Shown here: positions 23,555 through 47,140 of the stretch, piece after piece
How the letters are laid out: each line of letters starts with the position of its first letter
Numbering within the stretch: position 1 is the stretch's first letter
Assembly (NCBI RefSeq): GCF_009914755.1
Contig: NC_060942.1
From: the human T2T-CHM13v2.0 reference genome, Homo sapiens
Length of the DNA: 64,000 nt
Direction: 5' to 3' (one strand)
Notes under the pieces: generated by a model
Databases searched by the model: none
The model's input: only the letters and a program-made list of their open reading frames with translations
Told to the model about the DNA's origin: nothing
Program-made: the position numbers and the translations under genes

Positions 23555-23986
23555 TGATATACTTTGGATATGTATCCCCTCTGAAACTTACGTTGAATTG
23601 TAATCCCCAATGTTGGAGGTGGGGCCTGGTGGGATGGGAGGTGATTCGATCATGGTGGTGGATTTCTCATGAACGGATTAGCTCTATCATCTTGGTGCCG
23701 TCCTCATGATAGTGAGTGAGCTCTCATGAGATCTGGTTGTTTAAAAGTGTGTGGCGCCTTCCCCAAACTCTCTCTCTCTTGCTCCTGCTTTCGCCATGTA
23801 AGGTGCCTTCTCCTGCTTTGCCTTGTCCCATGAGTAAAAGCTCCCTGAGGTGTCCCCAGAAGTCAAGCAGATGCTGGTGCCATGCTTGTACAGCCTGCAG
23901 AACTTTAAGCCAATTAAACCTATTTTCTTTATAATTTATTCAGTCTTAAGTATTTCTTTATAGCAGTGGAAGAATGGCCTAACACA
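23555..23986 (+). mobile_element. MSTA/MSTB MaLR solo LTR
   Basis: TG...CA termini, 5-bp TSD tcccc on both sides. Confidence 0.9.
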
Positions 23987-24871
23987 TCCCCCAACTGACA
24001 ACAGTAAAATTCCCAATTCATCTAGCTCCCTGAGGACATATCTGATCTAATATTGAATTTGTTAGCCCTGAATTGAAATTCAACATTTGCTTGTGGATGC
24101 CTACTATTTTTGTACATCTCTAGAATTATAGAGAAACCATCATGATTCACTATGCTTTGAATAATTCCTAGCACACAGTAAATAAATGTGGAAAAAAAAT
24201 GGAAAAAGGGAGACATAAAGTGTTTTTTAAAAAAGAAGTCAGGGTATAAATCCTATCAAATTCCTGTCCTGAACTAGAAAATTTCCCCTTTGTGTTATGC
24301 CATAGTGCAGGATGCTTGCTATTCCAAACTAGGTTCCAATAATTTGAGATTTCCTCATGAGATATTTTGGACATTTTCCAGATCAAAAATGTTCTCAATC
24401 TTCTCTTAGAATTTAGGGACTACAGTTAAAATATATGGAAAAAAGGAAGCTACAACCTTCAAATCACTACCCAGGTATGTCCTGCCCTCTTCCCCATAGT
24501 CTCTGTGGCTTAAAACACAGGAACAGCTGAGGACAAATGAAGTTTTGGGAAAAGACTGCACTTTTTAACCCAAAGAAGGGCAGAGAGGAGCAGAGCCATA
24601 GGTCATGGTATTAACCACTGCCACTGAATTTTCGATCCTTCCATTAAGAGAGCCAACAAATATAGAAAGAGACCTATTTCTAGCCTATCTAGACGAAGAA
24701 TTAGATGAGTACATTTAACTCCCACTTTGCTGTCCTGTAGCCCCCAAGCCACTGGCTCCTTGGCAGAAAAATTCACCTTCCCCTCCACTTCCAGATTTAC
24801 ATATATGGGTGTAGCTTTACTCTGGAGTAGAAAGGCTGTCGCTCAAGTTCTGTGTAAAGGATAAACCTTTT

Positions 24872-24971
24872 ACCTGTGTTGACAGAACTCCACAGGGCAG
24901 GCCAGGCAAATGAATATGCTTGTTGCTAGGATACCACACTGTTTCCATGACAGCAGGCCACTGCTGTTTGC
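24872..24971 (-). promoter_or_regulatory. Candidate RFX/FOX element: two X-box-like motifs, two FOX-like motifs, adjacent minus-strand splice donor
   Basis: GTTGCTAGGATAC 24922-24934; GTTTCCATGACAGC 24941-24954; TGTTGAC 24877; TGTTTGC 24965; CAG|GTAAAA donor at 24874/24873. Confidence 0.5.
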
Positions 24972-25273
24972 TACTCTCTTGACCACTAGCACACACACCT
25001 GTTCCTTAAGAAATATGCTTGTTTCCCTTCATTATAAGGCAAATATTTAGTAGAAAATAACACAACTACATGGCTGCAACTTCTCTAGCTTTCCAGAATA
25101 AATATAATACATCAACTACAATTTGATGTGTGGAAAGGGAATTCACATATCCATGTGTATCCCAAGTCTTCATATGCAATAAAATGTTTTAAATGATTGA
25201 CTGATTCATTGTTACATTTATAGCCCACCATGTGCCACAGAAGAGTTGAGTCAACAAAGCATATTGTTTCTGA

Positions 25274-25677
<404 letters not shown>

Positions 25678-27055
25678 TGGAAATCACCAGTTTTTTTTTT
25701 TTCTCCTACTGGCATCCGGTTGTCACAAAAATTGCCACCACTACTGACTATGACTGCTAGCCAGGACCAGGACTAAAGTGCCTAGGTGCACATTTTAAGT
25801 AGGTCCTCACTTTCAGGGTCGGGCATGTGCACTTCTGCCAACATCTACCCAAAGGTAATGAATACCTGAGTCATGGGTGCCAAGGTCTGGATCATAGTGA
25901 TGGTTGTACAATTGTATAAATTTACCAAAAACAATTCAAATGTGCATGTCCAGTAGTTGTATTTATCACATATAAATTATATCTCAATAGAGCTGTCAAC
26001 AATGACCAAACAAATACTCTGTAGACACTCCTATATCACTGAAGTAATTTTCAAATCTCTTATAATTTGTGCTGTGGTTTGGATATGTGACTGTGTCTCT
26101 TCCGTTCAACTGTTAAGTTTGTCAAAGGTAAGACCTGCATTTTACACACTTTTGTAACTTCCCCAGTGATCAGCTGGATTCGCTGCACATAAAAAATGTT
26201 CAATAAATATTTGCTGAGTGTTTTATGACATATATTTAATATCTTGCTTCCTGAACTTCTAGCTTTGGGTCTTCTTTGAGAGCCAAATTTTGTTGTATCT
26301 TATATTCTACCATCACAAATGCTAGAAATACAAAGCATATCTCTATTTGCTTTATATTTGCCCATGAATACATTTTTTTACACAGCTCTATGTAAAGGCT
26401 TGTTAGAGGTCATTAGGCAGTAGGGTCTGAAGAGGAGGATAAATTGAGCAAGAGACAAAGACTGATTTGTATTTCCTATTGCATCAAAAATAATAAATGC
26501 AGAGCAAAAAGGGGAGGGGGAGGCAACGATGGTGGCATTTACAACTTGTGTTTACCCACTATCCCTTCCCCTTTCTATAGGATATTTTCACTTTAAAAGG
26601 AAAAAAATGTAAGGGAACCTATTTAAAATGTGGGATTTATGACACAGAAAAGGAAAAATAAAATAAAATTCTTTCCAGAAACCAGAAAGTCTACCAAAGG
26701 ATGCACCTCGTTCCATTGTGATATCAAAACATAGAGAAACTAATTTAAAAAACCACTTGAAATATAATATTCCTCTGACCCCAAATTCTTGAGCAAAAAT
26801 AAAAACAAGAAAATGACTATTTTATGTTAACCAAATGGAAATAGGGCATAATTCTAGGCAAAAGCCCTTTGAGGCAGACAGAATTAGTTCTGTCACTAAA
26901 AGAGGTGGAAAGATTGGTGGTTGCCTGTGGCTAGGGGTGGGTTGGGCTGTGACTGCTAATGGATACAGTTTCTTTTTGGGGTGATGAAATGTTCTAAAAG
27001 TTATTGTGGTGACAGTAGGACAACTCAGTGAATATATTTTTAAAACTATATGATA

Positions 27056-27453
<398 letters not shown>

Positions 27454-28149
27454 ATAGTCTCTACTGAAAACCCTTCAACAGTTTGGATAAAGTCCAGCCC
27501 CTTAGAACTGCCCACACAGCCCTTCATTACCTTCATCTACTCATCCCAACTGTAACTCTTGCCATTTTCCACCAGGGACCCCAGGATCCAGACATACTAA
27601 ATGATTTGCAGTTTTCCTCATTTTGGACCTTTGCAAAAGTTGTTTTTCTGCCTAGAATACCCTTATTCCTCTTTTTCTCTTACTCCTGTTAGTTTTTCAA
27701 AACTCAGGTTCAAATTTCATCTATGGGAGCTCATTCCTGTACCATACAACATGGTTAGGTTCAGTACCCTCTGGTAATTTTTTCTGTATTTGTCTGTCTC
27801 CTCTATTAGATTATAAACTCCTTAAGTCTTATATCTTATTCTTAATAGCTAGTGTAGGGTCTGGCACATGCCAGTACTACATTTATTCCAAAAAAATTTA
27901 ATGAATTAATATTTTGATTATACTACTCCTTTTATAGTACTATAAATTATTTGTTTGTATCTTTATTTCTTCAATAAATTGTGAGCTCCTTACCTTATTC
28001 ATCTTTGCATTTCTCAGGTAACACAATTTCAAGTATATAATAGATATTCTATAATACAATGATGGATATATATTATATTACATTATATTATTGGATGAGG
28101 CTCCGCAGAAAACAGTTAAACTACAGGTATCCTATGTTGACATGGCTTT

Positions 28150-28682
<533 letters not shown>

Positions 28683-29155
28683 TCATTTAAATATGTAGAT
28701 ATAGATCAATAATTTGGTTTATCTAATTCATAAACATTTCATTCTACAGAGAAATATGACTTGTTAAATAATATGTTCAAGTTGATTAAAACTCACACAT
28801 AATTTACCAATTGAACATATTTCCCCAACACATACCAAATCAAAACAATCTGTCTTTGTTTGTAGGATATGATTGAATTCCCGGCAGCAAATAGAATTCG
28901 CTGGCCCATTATACTAACACAAAGGCTGTTAGAATGTGAATGTCTGATGCATATTAAGCACTGACATTCAGGGGTCAGGTGGAATAGTGTTTTATAAACT
29001 CAATCAGTCTTTATTACAGCAATAACAAATAATTTCACAGAAACAATCTCCAGGCTCATGATATCACAGAAGGTGCATATAATTCAAATCTGAATAGCCA
29101 TATTTGAATGATCAACTGTGTTTTCTATATAAGCTATAATAAAATGTTAGCTTTT

Positions 29156-29747
<592 letters not shown>

Positions 29748-30919
29748 TAAAATGTTAATTTTGAAAACACTGCAAGACAGTGGATTCAGGAAGCCTCATG
29801 GGAAATAATCATGTTATATACCCATTTACAGATGAGGAAACTAGGACACAGCAACACTAGGTTACTCGCTCAAGGTCAGATCGGTAAAAAGTGTCAAATT
29901 CAGGCTATTACCAACGTGTTCTGAACTTTAAATTTGGGTTATTCCCTGTGGTACCATGCTGCCTGCATCTTTTCAAAACATGATTTGTACTGGGGAGATT
30001 ATAAAGCAGTTAGCTGGGTGTGGTGGGGCGTGCTTGTAGTCTCAGTTACTCCGGAGGCTGAGGTGGGAGGATCACTTGAGCCCAGGAGTTCAAGGCTGCA
30101 GTGAGCTATGATAGTGCCACTGCACTGCAGCCTGGGTGACAGAATGAAACCCTGTCTCAAAAAATAAAAATAAACAAAGAAGGAGATGTGAACTCCATCC
30201 CACTCCTCACCCCGTATCTGCTGATCTAGAGTCTAATGACCACCTAACTTAATAAAGTCAGGTGCCAGAGTAAATGAGCAGTCCACAGATTTGGGTTTCA
30301 CAGACGTTTCTTCCTGATCCCATGGACTGAATCTGGCCTCTTTTCCTCCTTTGTTGGTAATGGCACTCCTCCCAGGCATTTAGAAGCGAGCAATTGGGCC
30401 TTAAAGGAGCGAGTTGGTCTTGAAAAAAGCTGTTCTTCCTGACCTTTCAATTGGCAAAATTCATACTAGCTTTCATAGACCATAGGCTGATTTAGTGAGT
30501 ACTGACTGTGACAAGTTATTGCACTATTTTACACATTTTGTCTTGTTTTGTTTTATCCCTACAAAAACTCACTGAAACGTGTAGCATTCTTATCATGTCA
30601 TTTTACAGATGAAGAAACACCTTAAGGGAGGTTAAGTAATTTGCTCAAGATCATGAGGTAGCAAGTGTTGAATGCAGAATTTGATCCAGGGGGGAAGACT
30701 CCAGAGCCCAGGCTATTATTCTCTTGCCTTTGAACATAAAGATAGTTGAGGCCATTCTGTGCTGAACTCCCGCCTCTGCACCTTTAATCATCAGGCCCCA
30801 GCAGTTAAGATCTCTTCAAAGGTTCTGCATGGTTTCAGACTAACTGGGTAACAAAACAAGTATCAGAAGTACAATATCCATTCTGAATCTAAAATACAGT
30901 CTCTAAGATTTAAAGTGTT

Positions 30920-34500
<3,581 letters not shown>

Positions 34501-34623
34501 AGTAAATGAATAAATGCAGTCTCTAAAGCGAGAGTTTTTCAAATTAGTAAGATATAATCCATCAGTGAGTCAGTTGTGAATTCAATTTAGTGGGTTGTGA
34601 CTGGCATTTTAAAAAAGTGAAAT

Positions 34624-35521
<898 letters not shown>

Positions 35522-35583
35522 GTTGTGAAGTAATATATATTTCTGATTGAGGTTTGGGTTCTAAAAGATTTAAAAGCCATTAC

Positions 35584-35625
35584 CTTAGACGACAAAGCTA
35601 CCCTCTCAATTTTATGTGGTTCTCT
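35584..35625 (-). pseudogene. Fossil exon, 42 bp (REPHKIERVALSSK)
   Basis: ttttattctttcaatatgtag acceptor; AAG|GTAATG donor; open in phase 0. Confidence 0.5.
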
Positions 35626-35759
35626 CTACATATTGAAAGAATAAAATCATACTTTTGATCATTAGGGGATAGCAAATTTTGCCCTTTTTAATGTTCTGGT
35701 GGAAGGCAGTTTGAACTGAAGAAGTCAGATGGGGAGAATAATCCACTTCTCTCAGTAGT

Positions 35760-36025
<266 letters not shown>

Positions 36026-36687
36026 CTTTTTAGTTTAGGAGTAGTCTTATAAAGCTCTCTTCGTAAAGAAGTTAAAACTTCTAACAGATGCAGGTGAAAT
36101 ATAGGCTAGAAACAACAGAACAGGAAAGAAGTACACAAGCAGCAAATATGTAAGCAAAGGAACCAGATGCTTCTCTCCTTGACTGTGTACAAGGAAACTC
36201 ATAGTACGTGCTTAAGAATTGGCAAGCTGAGTACCAAATTGCCTCTGCTGGCAGCTATATGTGTGAGAATTCTACAAAATTGCCTGGATCCACAAGGACA
36301 TCAGCGACCAAAATTCATTTACAGCACCGTATTTCTGACTGGTGGCTATCTGTTACTCTGGTTCCAAAACTCTGACCTTCAATTACTTTAGATTTCTGAT
36401 CCCATCCCAAGAAATGGCTCCCAAAGCTCCCTCAGCCCTTTACTACCTCCTTGATTTGAGACCAAACCTAATGCTTGATCCCTTGTGCTTGGAAACATCC
36501 TAGCACCCACTTTTGGACTTCTACCCTGTACCGACGGTGCACAAACAATGTACTTCAATCTGTTCATTTTCTCTCTGGTCTCTTTCAGTCAACTTTAATA
36601 CAATTCTGGCAATATCATTTTAAACTCAACTGTATAATTATCAAGAGTTATTTTTAAAGGCAATGAATATTTGTTGGGTGAATGAGT

Positions 36688-36760
36688 GGATGGATGGATG
36701 GATGGATGGATGGATGGATGGATGGATGGATGGATGGATGGTTGGATGGATGGATAGATG
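36688..36760. repeat. (GGAT)n microsatellite
   Basis: Direct inspection. Confidence 0.95.
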
Positions 36761-36860
36761 AAGGCAATGGAAGTCTCAGTTCTACTTTTCAGCCAGGCTG
36801 AGGGGAAGTCCTGAAGCCAGTATCGTGGCTCTTCGTTTAAAGACCACCAGAATGCCATTG

Positions 36861-36879
36861 CACTGCCATCTAGTGGTAG
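36861..36879 (-). promoter_or_regulatory. CTCF core motif
   Basis: Reverse strand CTACCACTAGATGGCAGTG fits CCASYAGRKGGCRS. Confidence 0.65.
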
Positions 36880-37113
36880 CATAGCCACATATAGGAAAAG
36901 AAATGGCGGAAAAACAAGCCTGAATGCAAAATGAGTGAATGTCATAGCTGTTTCGCAGATTCTGGCTGCTTATAATTGCCTCTCCTCAGTTGACTATCTT
37001 TGATAGTAATACCATTTCACCTTGATTGTTTAACACATGTACGAAGAACACCAGCAGGGTTATATAAATAGATTTCACTAGCTCAGCCACCGTATGGTGG
37101 GATAGGTACTCAC

Positions 37114-37191
37114 CGGTACAATGATGCCAAAGGTCTGTGTTCCTTTTGAGACAGTCATTGGGCCCATGGTTTTCTAAAGTGTGATAACCAG
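37114..37191 (-). pseudogene. Fossil exon, 78 bp (phase 2: WLSHFRKPWAQ*LSQKEHRPLASLY)
   Basis: cttctctttgaaaacag acceptor; CCG|GTGAGT donor; phase 2 matches the upstream exon (a phase-1 frame is also open). Confidence 0.65.
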
Positions 37192-37718
37192 CTGTTTTCA
37201 AAGAGAAGCATGATAACAATGTTATTACTTCCACACTTCAGCTTTAATTTGATGACTTCTTTTAGAGAACATACTTTGTTTCTGGACAAATGGTAGTCTT
37301 TTCCTTTATACAGTCTTTTCCTGGATAAGTGATAAATTGGTAGAAACTCTTTATCTCAGAATGAAATTATGTAAAAGCAAAATAAAATAGCTGCAAATTT
37401 TAGGCAACCAGGAGTATAAAATGAGGACTTCATGTAATAATAAAACTGTATTATTAATAATAAACGGTATAATTAAGTTATCTTGGCTGAAGGGAGTTGA
37501 GATTGAGTCAGGCTGGCCTGAGAGATATGAAAACATCTCCCTAAAGGACTTTATATTTGTTTTTCTTTTTTCCCATTATCATCTTATCTTTATCTTAAAG
37601 CCTTGGCATTTCTGTTAGAACAAACACATCACAAAATTTTTTTTCTTGTAATACCACTTGGAAAGATAGCAGTGGTATGTCAGATTCAGACAAATTTGTA
37701 TGCCCCAAGACATTTTAC

Positions 37719-37939
37719 CACCGATACTCAGGATAGTCCATGAAAGGACCCCATGTAAACCCAAATCTAGAGATCTGGCTCAGAAAAACAGCCACTATTT
37801 TCCCCAGAAATGCTAACGGCCTTTGGACCTTTGGCTCAAAGCACCACCTGCCCAGTGCTACCCAGGTAGATAAGCAGGCACAGAGGCCAGCAAACCGTAA
37901 GCTGGTGACTGTGGGCAGACCCTTCTCAGCCTCCTTAAT
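37719..37939 (-). pseudogene. Fossil exon, 221 bp (IKEAEKGLPTVTSLRFAG...GPFMDYPEYR)
   Basis: gctttttgtttttaag acceptor; GTG|GTAAAA donor; open throughout (ORF 37715-38023). Confidence 0.6.
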
Positions 37940-38693
37940 CTTAAAAACAAAAAGCTCATCTGGAAAGCAAGGAACATCGATTTGGCACCGTCTGGTCACT
38001 GAAAGAACTGCTGCCTCGGGCAAGCAGGGGCTCGGATCAACCCTACAAAGTCCTGTCCTCTAACTCCCAAGTACCTGTGGTGACCGCCTCCTTCCAAAGA
38101 GCGAAGGAAGGTTCAGTTCAGAGGATGTTAAGCTTCCTTTGGCTCACACAGCAGACAAGAAATCAGACCCCTTTTACCAAGCAGGCCTGGGGCCCACAGA
38201 TACCCATGGAAATCGGTATGTATTTCTAAGTCAAAAACTTCCATCCATGTGAGAGAAGATTTGAGTCAACCTCAGCTATCTTTCTTCTTTAGAACTGTCT
38301 GCCTCATACTTTGTGGATGCCTACTTTGGAAAGGTGAACCTTGGGCAAGACATTAAGCTCTCTAAGCCTCAATTTTCTCACAGATAAAATGGGGATAGCG
38401 GTATTTACCTCAGAGGGTCATTGTGAGACAATACGTGGCAAGCACTGAGTCCAGTGTATAGAACGAATATATAGAATGCATTAAGTGAGCAGAAACTGTA
38501 GTTGTTGAGTGCTTCTACACAGACAGAAATGGAAGAATAGCAGGTTCAGGAGAGGAGAAAGAAGAAACGAATACACAGTGCATGTCAACAGGATAACATA
38601 TAGAGGATTTCTAAAAGCCACCTCCAAGACAAATTCAGGTCCCAGGAGGAACAGACTGTACAATCCTGAGTTTCAAGAAGGATGAACAGATAC

Positions 38694-38870
38694 ATCAAAG
38701 GTGATGCATGATTTGGAGGCATAAAAGTAAGCAATGTCTTCACAATACTACACATCCAGAGAAACACAAATGCAGCGTCATCTGTGGACACGGTCCTCCT
38801 GTTAACTCCATACAAGATCAGCCCTCCATCTGCAGGTGTCATAGCTTCCTCAACAATTAGTTCCCAAGTC
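38694..38870 (-). pseudogene. Fossil exon, 177 bp (TWELIVEEAMTPADGGLILYGVNRRTVSTDDAAFVF / YCEDIAYFYASKSCITFD)
   Basis: gggtattttatag acceptor; GAT|GTATCT donor; needs one frameshift. Confidence 0.5.
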
Positions 38871-39200
38871 CTATAAAATACCCAACCAAAAAATTGTAGA
38901 TCTTTCATCTTTTAGGGAAATTTTTAATTGTAAATTTAGGATTCCACCATTTATTTAAAGCAAAGTCACTAGTAGCTGAGGGTGGTGGCACACGTGGGTG
39001 GTACCAGCTACTCAGGAAGTGGAGGCGGGAGGATCACTTGAGCAGCCCAGAAGTAGGAGGCTGCAGTGAGCTATGATCACACCACTCCATTCTGGCCTGG
39101 GTGACAGACTGAGACCCCATGTCTTTAAAAAAAAAAAAAAAAAAAAAGCAAAAAGCAAAGCCACTATATTAGTGTAAGGAGGGCGTGCCTGCTTCCTTAC

Positions 39201-39810
<610 letters not shown>

Positions 39811-40251
39811 CTATCCAAACAAGGAAAAAACATCAGTTCTGACAACTTCTCTAGGTCCCAGAGGCTCACTTGGAATCCAATTAACTAGGACTAGAAGCCA
39901 GTGCCTCCACTGGGTATCACAAAGGCCCCTAGTGGCATTAGTTCTGTAGAAACTGGGCTTCTACAGGCCAGGATCACCTCATAAAGGTGTGAGGGGACTG
40001 CCATCTTGTCTCACCGATCATCTGGTACCTCTTTTCTTTCCATCACTTCTAGTCTGCGGTAAGGTCAAAGGCCAAGATACTACCCAAATATCTTCAAACC
40101 TCCCTGTCAGTTCTCAACAGAACATTTCTATTCTGTTTCAACATCCAGAATTATTATGAAATCCCAAGGCACAATAGTAGAAAGGTAAAAGGTTTCAGCT
40201 TTACTTGAACATTTGTTATTTCCAGCTGGAGCCGTGTGTCCTCAGGACTAC

Positions 40252-40979
<728 letters not shown>

Positions 40980-41546
40980 CTGTGGAAAAGGAACTGAACT
41001 CTCTTCATGATTGGACACATTTGATGAGCAGGTGTGGGGATGGGTGGAGGGAGGGACATGACCAGAGCTGGATAAGGAAAGTGAAAGCCCTTAGGGGAAT
41101 CCTCCTGAGCGCAGAAGTCTGGAGAGTGGGCCAGACTGCATCAATCTGAGTGTTGGGAACGGTGATTCTGAGTAAAGAGTGAGGCTATTCTGGAACTACC
41201 TAGAGTAACTGTGGTAGAGATGAAAGAACTGAATAAACAGACCAAGAGACCCATTTGGGGTCCTCTTCTCTAAAAACCTGAGAGTGAGAAGTGGGTTATC
41301 GACAGCACCTGTAATGTCAACAATTCTGAGCTCCCATTGCAAAGTTCTCTTCCTCAATTATTGATGAGAATCCCTTGGGTGAACTCCAAGTATCCTATAG
41401 AATCCACTAGTTAGTGGGTCTTAAATAAGATCTCTTTCCATTCTCTTTCTAAACTTCAATAAAATCTCGATTTCAGAATATAATCATTAAAAATAAAATC
41501 AAATATTTGAAGAGGCCAGGAAACCAGAAGTGTAAAATAAGGAGTC

Positions 41547-41975
41547 TGTGTGACTTCAGGTGCTCTGATAAGGAAGTGCTAGGCGAGTAATATTAGAGAT
41601 GCAAGAGGTAGATTGGGAGAAATGCCCAGGAGGGACAAGGGGAACAGGTTGGGCAGGAAGGGCCTTCAGATTTTGGAGCTGATCTGACACCTGTGAAAGG
41701 CAAGTGGGGAAAGAAGAAAGCTTGACTAGAAAGGGACTCCGTTCTAAGAAAGTTTCACCAGACCAGTGGGAAACCCTCAAGCCAAAGCCACCCATTACAG
41801 GAGCACCCTGAACCAGCACTCACAACCATACCCAGTCCTTCACAGGAAAGCAGCCTGGGGAGCACGGTGTTGTTGCAACCTGGAAGGGGGCTGGGGAGCG
41901 GCAGCTGAGGCTCCCTGCCAACTATCTTCCCTGCATTAGGAAATCCAAGTGGTGCATTTTCATCCCTGCTCCATA
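41547..41975. mobile_element. Old ERVL LTR (LTR33/LTR16-like)
   Basis: 5-bp TSD gagtc/gagtt; TG start, degenerate CA end. Confidence 0.6.
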
Positions 41976-42218
41976 GAGTTCATTCAATAATGTACTATAA
42001 TCTGTAATAAGGATACTCCGGCCACGTGGAGTTGAGGTTCAGCAGATCTCCCACATGCTAAGTGGCATTTCCCTTTCTGATGCCTCTCCAGAACTTTGGA
42101 GCAAGGAGAGTATTAAATGTAATCCAATCTGCTGGCTGAAGCTCTGTAGTCACTCTGCTTCATGGCCCACTAACCTTGGCCCTGTTGATCTCTGCCTTCT
42201 CCAAAAATTACCTTTTCA

Positions 42219-42522
<304 letters not shown>

Positions 42523-43021
42523 TCAAGCCTGTTCTCAGTGCTGGCCATCTGCCATGGCCTAGCACCTCCTGGAAGTCCAGGATCAGCTGCCCAGGAAGCA
42601 GCTCCCCAACAAAGTATGAACTGTGTCTGCCTCTGCCCACCTCTGGATATCAGGTGCCTGCTTGCCCTTCCAGGGGTAATTGCTGTCTCCTTATAACAGG
42701 TAACCACTGTTCTCAGTGTCTTATTGTCCTTCCAGTATATAAATGGCATACAATTGATATTCACCTGTTTTCTTTCTTTTTCTAGACAAATAATAATGAC
42801 AACACATACTGTTCGGCGCCTTTTTTCATCTAACTACAAATCTTGGCAATCTTTCTACCATTTCATAAAGTGCCTTGTTTTTTATGGTTGAATAGTACTG
42901 TTTGTATAGATGTGCTATGATGCTTTATTCAAGCAGGCCCCTCTTGATGGACTCCTACAAATTAAAAGTTGTTACAAATCTGTGACTATCACAAACAATG
43001 CTATAATGAACTGCCTTGTAC

Positions 43022-43643
<622 letters not shown>

Positions 43644-43648
43644 TGAAT

Positions 43649-45213
<1,565 letters not shown>

Positions 45214-45325
45214 AATGTAGCCGCAAGATAAATATCATAAGTTCAGTCACTGGGTCAAATTGCCCTCCTTAGAGAGGACATCAATTTATGTTCCTACCCA
45301 GAATGTATAAAAATGCCTGTTTCTG

Positions 45326-46103
45326 CAGGGTGTGGTGGCTGATGCCTGAAATTCCAGCATTCTGGGAAGCCAAGGCAGGAGGATCACCTGAGATCAGGAG
45401 TTTAAGACCAGCCTGGCCAACATGGTGAAACCCCATCTCTACTAAAAATACAAAAATTAGCTGGGCATGGTGGTGCACACCTGTAATCCCAGCTACTCAG
45501 GAGGCTGTCAGGAGAATTGCTTGAACCTAGGAGGCAGGGGTTGTAGTGAGTGAAAATGGCATCACTGCACTCCAGCCTGGGCGACAGAGCGAGACTCCAT
45601 CTCAAAAAACAAACAAACAAACAAACCAAAAAAACCTGTTTCCTCACTTTTCCTCATTCCCAGCTAACACCAAGTGTTTTCACTTTTTATCATGATGAAT
45701 ATAACAGATAAAACACATTTCACTGTAGTTTCAATTTCACTTACATTATTGTCATTGAGATCTTTTCATATAATTAAGTTTATTTGTATTTTCTTTCTTT
45801 CTTTTTTTTTTTTTTTTGAGACAGAGTCTCGCTCTGTCACCCAGGCTGGAGTGCAGTGGTGGCATGATCTCGGCTCACTGCAACCTCCACCTCCCGGGTT
45901 CTAAGGGATTCTCCTGACTCAGCCTTCTGAGCAGCTGGGATTACAGGCACGTGCCACCACGCCAGGCTAATTTTGTATTTTTAGTAGAGACAGGGTTTCA
46001 CCAGGTTGGTCAGGCTGGTCTCGAACTCTTGACCTCAGGTAATCTGCCCACCTCGGCCTCCCAAAGTGTTGGGATTACGAGCGTGAACCATCGCACCCCG
46101 CCC
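45326..46103. mobile_element. AluS (+ 45326-45635) and AluS (- 45795-46103)
   Basis: Alu consensus. Confidence 0.9.
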
Positions 46104-46104
46104 C

Positions 46105-47120
46105 ACTGTAGCTTTAAACAAAGTCTTGAAATAAGGTAGTGTACATCTTCCAGCTTTGCTTTGATTTTTCAAGATTGTTTTGGTTCTTGTTGGTCTTTGG
46201 CATTTCCATAAAATTTTTAGAGTCAATGTGTCAATTTCTAAAAAAAAAAGTTCTATTTGAATTTTGGTTGGAATTGCGTTGAATCTACAGATCACTTTTG
46301 GAAGACTATTAATCTTAACAATATTGTGTCTTCTAATCCATGATTTTGATATAGCTCTCCATTCACTGATGTTTTATTTAATACCTCTTTCAATGTTTTA
46401 TATTTTTTTAGTGTAGAGATCTTGCGTAATTTTTATACATTTACATTTCAGTGATTTACATTTTTTATGTGATTGTAAATGGCATTTTAAATGTTAATTT
46501 TTAATTATTTACCAGTTAGCAGAAATATAATTGAATTTTGTGTCTTGACCTTGTACTTTTGACCTTGTACTAATTCACTTAATACACCTAGTGTTCTTTG
46601 GGCATTCGTTCTGATGTTTCTGTAGAAACAGTCATGTCACCTGTGGATAAAGACAACTTTACTTCTTTTCTATTCTTTAATTTCATTGTGTTCAAGGAAC
46701 ATAGTAAAATTTCAATATTTTGGAAATTTTGCGAGATGTGTTTTGTGTCTTAACACATGATTCATGTTGATGCATGTTCCAGATACACTTTAAAGATGTT
46801 TTTCCATTTTTTTCTGGCATCCACTGTTTCTCAGGAAAAAATTATCCATCACTTATGTCACTGTTTTTCTTTATGTAATGTCATTCTCCAGCTACTTTCA
46901 ATATAATCTCTTTACTTCAGTTTTTGGTAGTTGCACTACGATGTGTCCAGTTATGATTTTCTTGTACTTATCTTGCTGGCATTTGTTGAGCTTCTTGATA
47001 TGTAAGTAGATTATTTCCACCAAATTTGGGGGAATTTCAATTATTTTTTTCTTCAGCTCTTTTTTTGTTCCATTCTCTTTCCCTTCTCATTCTGGGACTG
47101 AAATTATACTTATGTTAGAC
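46105..47120 (-). mobile_element. Old L1M fragments
   Basis: ORF2 peptide ICRFNAIPTKIQIELFFLEIDTLTLKILWK. Confidence 0.75.
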
Positions 47121-47140
47121 AACTTATACTTATACTTATG

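Noticed and set aside
28937-28970. Small hairpin tgaatgtc...gacattca
   Set aside because: An 8-bp stem is too short for a pre-miRNA or transposon terminus call
41309-41450. J-domain-like phrase FYRILGVHPRDSHQ*LRKR on the minus strand
   Set aside because: No HPD motif, weak donor, and another frame is equally plausible; it may still be an exon of the relic
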